Of a DNA stretch of 64,000 bases, positions 42,247 through 50,395 are shown one piece after another. Source of the DNA: an uncultured Acidobacteriota bacterium (lineage in GTDB: Bacteria; Acidobacteriota; Thermoanaerobaculia; Multivoradales; UBA5704); assembly GCA_963770895.1 (NCBI GenBank), contig CAVYRF010000002.1, positions 5,408,001 through 5,472,000 of the forward strand. The letters are read 5' to 3'. Position 1 is the first letter of the stretch; every line of letters starts with the position of its first letter. Both the position numbers and the translations under genes were made by a program. The notes below the pieces were generated by a model. The model was given only the letters and a program-made list of their open reading frames with translations. It had not been told where the DNA came from and made no database searches.

Positions 42247-42693
42247 GTGCCTGACATCACCGTCTTTTGGTTCGCCGCGATGGCGGCATTCTCCCTTACT
42301 CTGGTTGCCTGCTGGCATCTTCGGCATGCAAGGTGGCGGCAATGCTTTGCATGCCTCGGTGCTGCAGTGCTTCCGCTGGTGCTCTTCTTTGTAGTGGAGA
42401 AGTCGCCTTTCCTGGACCGCGCGCTCTTCTACTTCTCGCTCAACGACACCGAGTACGCGAGCGGATACGCCGATAAGGCGTTCGACTCGCTCGCCGTTGG
42501 GGCTTCACGAACAGAGATCTATCGAGTGCTGGGGCCACCACTGCTGGCCGAGGACTGGGGCGACGAGATATACCTCTATTATTCACAGCATCGCAGTGGC
42601 GGTTACAGCCGCAACTATTGGAAAAAGTTCCTGGTCGTTGATCCGAAAACGTTGACCTTGCAGAGGAAGGTCGATGAATTCGAGGCGCCGTAA
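42247..42693 (+). CDS. Putative RHS immunity protein 2 (paralogue of 41726-42175)
   Basis: Aligns along its length with the previous gene (SPFL-R-L-Y-S-NDT-Y, VGASRTEIYRVLGPPL, GDEI-LYYS-HR, SRN-W-K). GGGAG upstream. Confidence 0.72.
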   Translation: MPDITVFWFAAMAAFSLTLVACWHLRHARWRQCFACLGAAVLPLVLFFVVEKSPFLDRALFYFSLNDTEYASGYADKAFDSLAVGASRTEIYRVLGPPLLAEDWGDEIYLYYSQHRSGGYSRNYWKKFLVVDPKTLTLQRKVDEFEAP

Positions 42694-42864
42694 CGGCGCC
42701 CGGATGAAAGGCCCCCGTACCGGATCTGGGGCCACAGGCAGCCCCCTACCAGCTCTGTCCGCTGGTCTGCACCTGTCTGCCACCTCGCCGGTTGGGGCGT
42801 GGCGGGCGGGGCGCGGCGGAGGTAGGATACGCGGGCTGTGCCTTTCCTGCATGGAGGTTTGACC

Positions 42865-45800
42865 TTGCGCGGATCCTGTCTGGCTGGGCTGGTGGTGGCT
42901 CTGGGTGTGACGTTGGTGGTGGGAGGACGGGTGGAGGGGCAGGTGGGGGTGCCGGCGGAGCTGAAGCCGGATCTGGGGCAGGCGATGGATGCGGAGGGGA
43001 CGGCGAAGATTCGCAAGTACACGACGGCGCCGGAGTTCAACTCGCCGCTGACGGACTATCTGCCGGCGTCGGGGAGCGTGCCGGCGCCTTCGGCGGTGCT
43101 GGGGGATGTGTCGGGGGCTCCGGGGATCCTGCCGTATGCGGAGGACGTACATCGGTACTTCCGGATGCTGGCGGCGGCGAGCCCGCGGGTGCGGGTGGTG
43201 TCGATCGGGACCAGCGAGGAGGGGCGGGAGCGGATCGCGGTGGCGATCAGCTCGGAGGCGAACCTGGCGCACCAGGGGGAGAACGACGCTCGGCTGGCGC
43301 AGCTGGCGGACCCGCGGGTGCTGCAGGGGGACGATGCGCGGGCGGAGGGGCTGATCGCGGCGAGCGTGCCGGTGTACTACATCACGGGGACAATCCACTC
43401 GCCGGAGACGGGGGCGCCGACGGCTTTGATGGAGCTGGCGTACCGGCTGGCGGTGGACGAGAGCCCTTACATCCGGTCGATCCGGGAGCATGTGATCACG
43501 CTGATCACGCCGGTGGTGGAGGTGGACGGACGGGACCGGATGGTGGATGTGTACCGCTGGCACCTGGCGCATCCCAAGGCGACGCAGCCGCTGCTGTCGT
43601 ATTGGGGGCACTACGTGGCGCATGACAACAATCGGGACGCGATGGGGCTGACGTTGTCGTTGTCGCGGCAGGTGCTGGATACGTACCTGGGCTGGCATGC
43701 CCAGGTGCTGCACGACCTGCACGAGTCGGTGCCGTTCCTGTACGACAACACGGTGGGCGACGGCCCTTACAACGCCTGGGTGGATCCGATCGTGACCAAC
43801 GAGTGGCAGCTGTTTGGCTGGACCAACGTGGCGCAGATGGGCAAGTTCGGGATGCCGGGGGTGTTCACGCATGGCAACTTCGACACCTGGAGCCCGGGCT
43901 ACCTGATGTTCATGGCGGCGATGCACAACGGCGTGTCGCGGTTGTATGAGACGTTCGGCAACGGTGGCGCCGACACCGAGATGCGCGAGCTGGACCCCAG
44001 CGAGTCGGCGCGCACCTGGTACCGCCCCAATCCGCCGTATCCGACGGTGAACTGGTCGCAGCGCAACAACAACAACTACGAGGAGACGGCGCTGCTGATC
44101 TCGCTGGCCTTTGTGGCGGAGAACCGCGGGTTGCTATTGCGCAACTATTGGGAAAAGGGCAAGCGGTCGATCGCCAAGCCTTCGCAGGAGGGCCCGGCGG
44201 CATACGTCTTCCCCGCGGACGACCGGCGGCCCGGGGCGCAGGCGGAGCTGCTGCGCGTCCTGCAGGCGCAGCACGTGGAGATCTGGCGTGCCGACCGCGC
44301 CTTTACCGTGCACGTGGGTAACGCCGCCGGCACCAGCGGCAGCGATGGGGATGGCAAGGGGGATGGCACCGCCGCCGGCGGCAGGAATGCCGTGGCTGGC
44401 GCCAAGGATTCTGCCGCCGGTGCCGCGCGAACGTTCCCGGCGGGCAGCTACGTGGTGCGCATGGATCAGCCGTTCAGCCGCATCGCCGACGCGCTGCTGG
44501 ACCGCCAATACTGGAGCCCGGACGATCCGCAGAAGCATCCCTATGACGATACGGGTTGGTGCTTTCCCGAGCTGTTCGACACCCAGGCGGTGCGGGTGGT
44601 GGACCGGCAGGTGCTGACGGCGCCGATGACCCGCGTCGCGGCGGCGGAACCGCTGCGTGCGCGTGGCGCGGTTGCCGGCGCCGCTGCCGGCAGCGGCGGC
44701 GCAGGCGGACCGGTGTTTCTGATCGCGCAGCGGGGGGGCGACGACGCGCTGTTCTCGCTGCGCTATGCCCTGGGCGATGCGACCGTCGCGGCGGCGAGCC
44801 AGTCGTTTCGGGTCGGTGGGCACGACTACCCTCGCGGCACCTGGGTGGTGCGCGGCATCGGGCGCGACGATCTGGCGAAGACGGCGGCGGCGGCCGGCGT
44901 CTCGGTGGAGGTCGTGGCGGCGGTGCCGTCCGTGGCGACGCGGCCGGTGGCCAAGCCGCGCATCGCGCTGTTGCACAGCTGGATCGATACCCAGACCGAG
45001 GGTTGGTGGCGGCAGCGCCTGGATCTGCTGAAGGTGCCGTACCACTACATGAGCACACAGGACGTTGCCGCCGACGGCGATCTGGCCGCCCATTACGACG
45101 TGATCCTGTTTCCGCCCGTCGGCGTTGGAGAGCCGATGCTGATCGTCAGCGGCGTCCCGTCGGCGTGGGGCCAGCCGATGCCGTGGAAGCAGACGCCCGA
45201 AACCCCCAACCTGGGGCGCATCGATTCGACCGACGACCAGCGCCCCGGCCTGGGGTTTGCCGGGCTGGAGCACCTGCGCCAGTTCGTCGAGCAGGGCGGG
45301 CTGCTGATCACCGTCGAGGACACCGCGCGCCTGATGATCCAGGCCGGTATGGTGCACGGCGTGCGCGTCCCCGATACCCACAACCTGCGTGTCGTCGGCA
45401 GCGTGCTGGACGCGCGCTTCCCCAACCCCGCATCTCCCTTTGCCGATGGCATGGGGGACCGCCTGTCGGTCTACAGCTCGTCGGGTCTGAGCTTTGAGTT
45501 GAGCAATTCGGCCGAGGGCGGTTGGCCCGAAGAGGAAGCCGACCGGCCCACCGGCCGCGGCGGCCCCAAGGATCAGGACATCGTGCAGGGGCGCACGCCG
45601 GTCTCGCCGCGCGGCGCCGACGCCAAGTTCGAGCGCTGGCAGGCGCGCCCGCTGCGCCTCGAAGACATGCGCGACAACCCGGGGGTGATCCCCGAGTCGC
45701 TGCGGCCGCAGACGCTGCTGCGCTTCGGCGACGCCGACGACCTGCTGGTGTCCGGCCTGCTGGAACACGGTTCCGAGCTGGCGCGCCGCGCCGCCGTCGT

Positions 45801-45966
45801 GGAAGTCCCGGTAGGCAAGGGCCACGTCGTCCTCTTCGGCATCAACCCGATCTGGCGCGGCTCGACGATCGGCAGCCACCCCCTGGTCTGGAACACCATC
45901 CTGCAGCACCAGTTCTTCGCCCCGGCCCCAGCAGCGACCCCGGCCGGCGCTGCCGCCAGCCATTGA
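42865..45966 (+). CDS. Secreted M14-family zinc carboxypeptidase-like protein
   Basis: IGTSEEGR, zinc motifs IHSPE and HDLHE, VAHDNNRD, and a C-terminal glutamine-amidotransferase-like region. GGAGG 7 nt upstream of TTG 42865 (alternative GTG 42838). Confidence 0.88.
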   Translation: MRGSCLAGLVVALGVTLVVGGRVEGQVGVPAELKPDLGQAMDAEGTAKIRKYTTAPEFNSPLTDYLPASGSVPAPSAVLGDVSGAPGILPYAEDVHRYFRMLAAASPRVRVVSIGTSEEGRERIAVAISSEANLAHQGENDARLAQLADPRVLQGDDARAEGLIAASVPVYYITGTIHSPETGAPTALMELAYRLAVDESPYIRSIREHVITLITPVVEVDGRDRMVDVYRWHLAHPKATQPLLSYWGHYVAHDNNRDAMGLTLSLSRQVLDTYLGWHAQVLHDLHESVPFLYDNTVGDGPYNAWVDPIVTNEWQLFGWTNVAQMGKFGMPGVFTHGNFDTWSPGYLMFMAAMHNGVSRLYETFGNGGADTEMRELDPSESARTWYRPNPPYPTVNWSQRNNNNYEETALLISLAFVAENRGLLLRNYWEKGKRSIAKPSQEGPAAYVFPADDRRPGAQAELLRVLQAQHVEIWRADRAFTVHVGNAAGTSGSDGDGKGDGTAAGGRNAVAGAKDSAAGAARTFPAGSYVVRMDQPFSRIADALLDRQYWSPDDPQKHPYDDTGWCFPELFDTQAVRVVDRQVLTAPMTRVAAAEPLRARGAVAGAAAGSGGAGGPVFLIAQRGGDDALFSLRYALGDATVAAASQSFRVGGHDYPRGTWVVRGIGRDDLAKTAAAAGVSVEVVAAVPSVATRPVAKPRIALLHSWIDTQTEGWWRQRLDLLKVPYHYMSTQDVAADGDLAAHYDVILFPPVGVGEPMLIVSGVPSAWGQPMPWKQTPETPNLGRIDSTDDQRPGLGFAGLEHLRQFVEQGGLLITVEDTARLMIQAGMVHGVRVPDTHNLRVVGSVLDARFPNPASPFADGMGDRLSVYSSSGLSFELSNSAEGGWPEEEADRPTGRGGPKDQDIVQGRTPVSPRGADAKFERWQARPLRLEDMRDNPGVIPESLRPQTLLRFGDADDLLVSGLLEHGSELARRAAVVEVPVGKGHVVLFGINPIWRGSTIGSHPLVWNTILQHQFFAPAPAATPAGAAASH

Positions 45967-46161
45967 CGCGGCGACGAAGCGGCCCCGCGGAGAGCAGGCC
46001 GCTGTCGGTGACGCTCAGGCTGTCCAGGGGGAGGACCAGGGCGTCAGCGCGGGCCGGCGGGTCCCCGGCGGGCGTGGTGGGCGCACGTCTATGTATGGAG
46101 GCTGCTGGGGCGCGGCGCCCGGTGCGGCGCGTGCGGCAGCATGAACGATAAGGAGACCGCG

Positions 46162-46299
46162 ATGAAAAAGCAGATCCGCAAGATGAGCTTGAACGGTGAA
46201 ACCCTGCGCGCGCTGGAAACGCCCGACCTGCGCGTCATCGCCGGCGGCGCGGCTACCTTGCCGCCGGTTTGCGAACATACCAACGCGATCAACTGCTGA
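46162..46299 (+). CDS. 45-aa putative RiPP (lanthipeptide-like) precursor with double-glycine leader
   Basis: AAGGAG RBS. Translation MKKQIRKMSLNGETLRALETPDLRVIAGG-AATLPPVCEHTNAINC. Not in the ORF track (<60 aa). Confidence 0.75.
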   Translation: MKKQIRKMSLNGETLRALETPDLRVIAGGAATLPPVCEHTNAINC

Positions 46300-46397
46300 G
46301 ATTGCGATCGGAAGGCGCCGCTGCTGGACCAGCGGGCCCTGCGCGCCGCCGCCGGCACTGCAGCGCGGCGGCGGCGCGGTTCGAGAGGCGCTGCCTG

Positions 46398-46670
46398 CTA
46401 GTGGGCGTTGGCGGTTTCGGCCGCCATCTTCAGCTCGTTGTTCACCTGGTCGAGCAGTTCCTTGGCCTTCTGGGCGTGGCCGCCCATGTCCCACTCGTTG
46501 GCCTGCTGAGCTTCGACGATCTTGTTGAATGCCTGGCGCGAGAGCCGCTGGGCAGCGGCGATGTGGGGGTGCCGGCCGGGGTTCACGTTCTTCGCCGGCT
46601 GGGCGGCGTACACCATGCCAGCGGCAAGCAGCAGCAATCCACACACACCTGCGAGGATGGTCTTCTTCAT
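46398..46670 (-). CDS. Small secreted helical hypothetical protein
   Basis: GAGGGAG RBS. Signal peptide MKKTILAGVCGLLLLAAGMVYAA. HPHI...GGHAQKAKELL motif. Confidence 0.85.
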   Translation of the reverse strand: MKKTILAGVCGLLLLAAGMVYAAQPAKNVNPGRHPHIAAAQRLSRQAFNKIVEAQQANEWDMGGHAQKAKELLDQVNNELKMAAETANAH

Positions 46671-47093
46671 CGCTTTTTCTCCCTCGGTTACGTGACCGTC
46701 AGTGTGCCTCAATCTTGGCACCTTCCCGCCGCCGGGTCAATTACAACTCCCGCTGTGCCGCCGCCGGCCTGACTCGGCGGCACGACTGCCCGCCGCGCCT
46801 TGACCCTGGCGGCGCGACTGGCGCCGCGCGCCGCACGACCGGCGCCGTATCCATGCCGCCTTGCAAACCGTGTGGCCGGGCGTCGGCGGCGAAAGTCGTT
46901 GGTTGGAGCGATCGCGCCCGGCCGGCCCGCTCCCGCCGCCGGCCTGGTTTTCCAACGGCTTCCGTCTGGCGGCTTGGCGGCATGCGTCCGGCAGAAACGC
47001 AATGCAGCTCTGATGCGTATACCTAGCTGTCGTGAAGCTTGTGAGCTTGCCGGTTCGTGGGCGGTGCCATCCGAGGCCTGCCCGGCGTCCTTG

Positions 47094-47147
47094 TTGACGC
47101 GCGGCTCACAGCGCCGTTAGAATGAGCAATATTGACCGACAATATTG
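47094..47147 (+). promoter_or_regulatory. sigma70-like promoter with two tandem palindromic CAATATTG sites downstream
   Basis: TTGACG(47094)-N18-TAGAAT(47118). CAATATTG at 47127-47134 and 47140-47147. Confidence 0.55.
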
Positions 47148-47842
47148 ATAGACAAAAATATGGATAAACTCTACGGAAGCAGCCACCTTTCCAGCGCCGT
47201 GCGGCAACATGTGACCGCTCGGGATCGGCGGCCGGGGCAGCTGCCCCTGGCGCCTGCCAGCCGAGGATTCGCCTATCGATGCGTCGGCGCGCCCGGCCAA
47301 AGCCCGGATGGGTCTCCCTCTTCCGGCGCCTACCTCTACGGCCCCCACGTCGACCTGCCGGCTGGCCTTCGGCCGCGCTCCGCCGCCGGGGCCTGACCCT
47401 CCGGCCGGACCGCCGGCCTCCTGGCCGCGACCTCGGCCCCGGTCCCGCGCGACGCCGCGCCGGCAGCCTGACTGGCCGCCGGCCCGCGCCGGATACCGGC
47501 CGCCGGGACCAGCCTGGCTGGTGCGGCCCTACCTCTGGAGGGCCACACCTCCCCGCGGAGCCTGGCGACAGGCACCTCCTCAGGGTGTTCTGTTAGTACC
47601 CAAGGATACGCTCTAGCGCAGCAGGTGGAGGCGCGATCCATTGGATGCTTGGTGTCCCCATCCGGTCAGGGATGACGCTTCTCTACATGAGGAGCGGCTG
47701 GAGGACCGCCCCGGTTGTGGACAACCGGCGCGATCGGGAGGTGGGGATGACCGGACTGTTGAGGCAGGGACGTGGGCGCGGAGCGTGGTCGATGGCGGCG
47801 GCGATCTGGGCGGCGGCGGCGCTGGCGGCATAGGGAGTTCTC

Positions 47843-50395
47843 GTGATGCCGCTGTCGTCGCCCCGCGCCCTGCTGCGCCGCGTGCTGCTGGGGCTGGCCC
47901 GTCGCCTTGCCGCAGCAGCCGGCGGCACCGCTGCCCTTGGTGCTCCCGCTGCTCCTTGCGAGGCGCCGCCCGCCGAGTCCATCCGCCGCGACTGCGGCTT
48001 TCCCGCCGGCCGGTGGACGCCGGCGGCGCCCTCCCAGGATGGCGCCACCGGCGCCGCGGTCGCGGTCGTCGCCGCCCCTGGACCAGCGGCCGGTGTCGCC
48101 GCCCCGGTCGCCGTCGCCGCACCAGCCGCGGAGCCGTCGCCATGGGATGGCCGCGCCGGCACCTGTGTCGTGTCGGTCTGCACCCGCAACTATCTCTACC
48201 TGGCGCGCACGGCGCTGGCCGCCTTCCGCGGCCACCATCCGCAGGTCCCGGCCTTCCTGGGCATCGTGGACTGGGACGGCAGCGAGCCGCTGGCGGTCGA
48301 GGGCACCACGCTCCTGGCCTGCGGCGCGGCCGACGTCGGCGGCGAGGCGTTCGCCTACATGGCGCTCAAGTACACGCCGCTGGAGATGTGCGGCGCCATC
48401 AAGCCGTTCGTGCTCGATCACGTCGTGCGGCGGACGCGCTTCGCGAAGCTGGTCTTCATCGATGCGGACATCTACACCTGCGCTCCCTTCGCGCGGCTGA
48501 TCGCCGAGCTCGACCAGGCCGACTTCGTGGTGTCTCCCCACACCCTGGCGCCGCTGCCGCACTCCGACCGCACCTGGGAGCGGCCGACGCTGGGGGATCT
48601 CGCCTTTGCCGGGCAGCTCAATTCGGGCCTGTTCGGACTGAGCGCCACCGCCGCGGCGCAGGCGTTCCTGCACACGTGGCGAGACCTGGTGACGCGGCCG
48701 GGCGCCTTCCAGCTGGAGCTTGGCGGGCAATCGGAGCAGAACGCCTTCAATTGGGTGACCAGCTTCGTCGACCGCGTGCGCGTGCTGCGCGACCCCGCCT
48801 ACAACGTCGCCTACTGGAACCTGCACGACCGTTCGCTGCGCTTTGTCGGGCTCGACGACCCGTCGTGCGACGACGCCTGGACGGTGGACGGCGAGCCGCT
48901 GGTCGCCTTTCATTTCAGCGGCTACTCGCTGGCGGACCCCTTCACCCTGTCGCGCCACGATCGGCGCCATTCGTTGTACGTGCTGCCTTCCGTCGCCCGC
49001 CTGGCCGAGCTCTACGGCGAACGGCTGCGGCAGAACGGCGCGGCGTCGGACATGCGGCTGCCGTACCGCTTCGACGCCTTCCCTTCGGGCATCGCCATCG
49101 ACGACCGCATGCGGCGGCTCTGCAAGCAGCACGAGACGTTCCTGGCGGCGGCGGCGAGCCCGTGGACGGCGGCGGGGGAGGCGCACTATGGCGCCGCCCT
49201 GCTGTCGCCCATCCCCCATACGGGGAGCCTGCTGCCGGCGCTGTTCGACGCCATCTGGCAGGAGCGGCCCGACGTGCGGCGGCGCTATCCCGACGCGCGC
49301 CTGCAGCCTGACGGCATGGTGCGCTGGATCGCGCTGCACGGCATCTACGAGCACGGCTACCAGGACCTGTACGATCGCTATCGGCCGGTGCTGCCCTCCC
49401 GCCATGGCGTGGTGACCCTGGCGCGGGCACGCCGGCAGCACCCGCACGTCTTCGCCGGGCTTGGCGGCGCACTGGGCGAGGACCGCCACCGGCTGCTCCG
49501 GCGCCTGGACGCGGCCGGCCTGACGGCGCTCGCGGGGGGGGTGCGGGCGGGGGCGCTGGAGCACTACTGCGTGTCGGCCATCGCACTGGTGCGCCGCCTG
49601 GTGGAGGAGCGCGCCGACGTCCGCCGCGCCTTCCCGGACCTTCTGTTCGGCGATGCCGCGGCCTTCGCCGCATGGCTCGGGACCGGCGCCGGGCGCGATC
49701 ACTGCCTGCCTCCTGACGCTGCGGCGGCCTTCGCGGCGCGCGCCCAAGGCCGCTCGTTGGCGCGCATCTTTTCGTATCTCAACAACGCGCGGCCGGCCAT
49801 GGAACGCTGGCCGCTCGGCCTGGTCGGGGAGGGGCGCGGCGAGCTCGGCGTGCACCTGCTGGAGGCCCTGCGGCACGGTGGCGCCTACGACGTCGACGAC
49901 GTGGTGATGTATCTGTGGGTCATGGAGCGCCAGCCGTGGGCCGGCATCGGCCTCACCTTCGAGCTGGCGGCGAACGCCTGCCGCACGCCCTCGCCGCTGC
50001 TGCCGGAGGGCCAGCAGGCGCTGCTCGCGCCGCTGCTGGCGGGCGACCGCCGGTTCCGCTCCGCGCTGGCGCGCTACCGCCGCGACCACGAAACCTCGCG
50101 CGACCTTCGCCGCCAAGCCCAGATCCGCCAGGTGCAGCGGCCGGCCGGCCTGGCCAATACGGTGTTCGAGTCGCTGGAGCTTGCCGCGCGGCGCGGTCGT
50201 GGCGCGGGCGGCGAGCGGCGGCGAGCCGCGCCGGATCTGCAGGCGGCCCTTCCCGAAGGCCGCGGCGTCAACCTCTTTGGCTACCACAAGAGCCCGATCG
50301 GACTGGGTTCCCTCACCCGCGGCCTCAGCCAGGCGCTCGGCGCCGCGGGGGTGCGCGTGGCACCCAGCATGCTGGGCGACGCCGCGATGACTTGA
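47843..50395 (+). CDS. Glycosyltransferase (GT-A/GT8-like domain). C-terminal GT4-like domain appears truncated
   Basis: AGGGAG RBS. TRNYL-AR, AIKPF, FIDADI (DxD), NSG, YNVAYWNLHDR and FHFSG motifs. Ends shortly after GVNLFGYHKSPIGLG. Confidence 0.8.
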   Translation: MMPLSSPRALLRRVLLGLARRLAAAAGGTAALGAPAAPCEAPPAESIRRDCGFPAGRWTPAAPSQDGATGAAVAVVAAPGPAAGVAAPVAVAAPAAEPSPWDGRAGTCVVSVCTRNYLYLARTALAAFRGHHPQVPAFLGIVDWDGSEPLAVEGTTLLACGAADVGGEAFAYMALKYTPLEMCGAIKPFVLDHVVRRTRFAKLVFIDADIYTCAPFARLIAELDQADFVVSPHTLAPLPHSDRTWERPTLGDLAFAGQLNSGLFGLSATAAAQAFLHTWRDLVTRPGAFQLELGGQSEQNAFNWVTSFVDRVRVLRDPAYNVAYWNLHDRSLRFVGLDDPSCDDAWTVDGEPLVAFHFSGYSLADPFTLSRHDRRHSLYVLPSVARLAELYGERLRQNGAASDMRLPYRFDAFPSGIAIDDRMRRLCKQHETFLAAAASPWTAAGEAHYGAALLSPIPHTGSLLPALFDAIWQERPDVRRRYPDARLQPDGMVRWIALHGIYEHGYQDLYDRYRPVLPSRHGVVTLARARRQHPHVFAGLGGALGEDRHRLLRRLDAAGLTALAGGVRAGALEHYCVSAIALVRRLVEERADVRRAFPDLLFGDAAAFAAWLGTGAGRDHCLPPDAAAAFAARAQGRSLARIFSYLNNARPAMERWPLGLVGEGRGELGVHLLEALRHGGAYDVDDVVMYLWVMERQPWAGIGLTFELAANACRTPSPLLPEGQQALLAPLLAGDRRFRSALARYRRDHETSRDLRRQAQIRQVQRPAGLANTVFESLELAARRGRGAGGERRRAAPDLQAALPEGRGVNLFGYHKSPIGLGSLTRGLSQALGAAGVRVAPSMLGDAAMT

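Noticed and set aside
47145..47396. 83-aa ORF after the 47.1-kb promoter
   Set aside because: It has no RBS, atypical codon usage and no recognisable motif.
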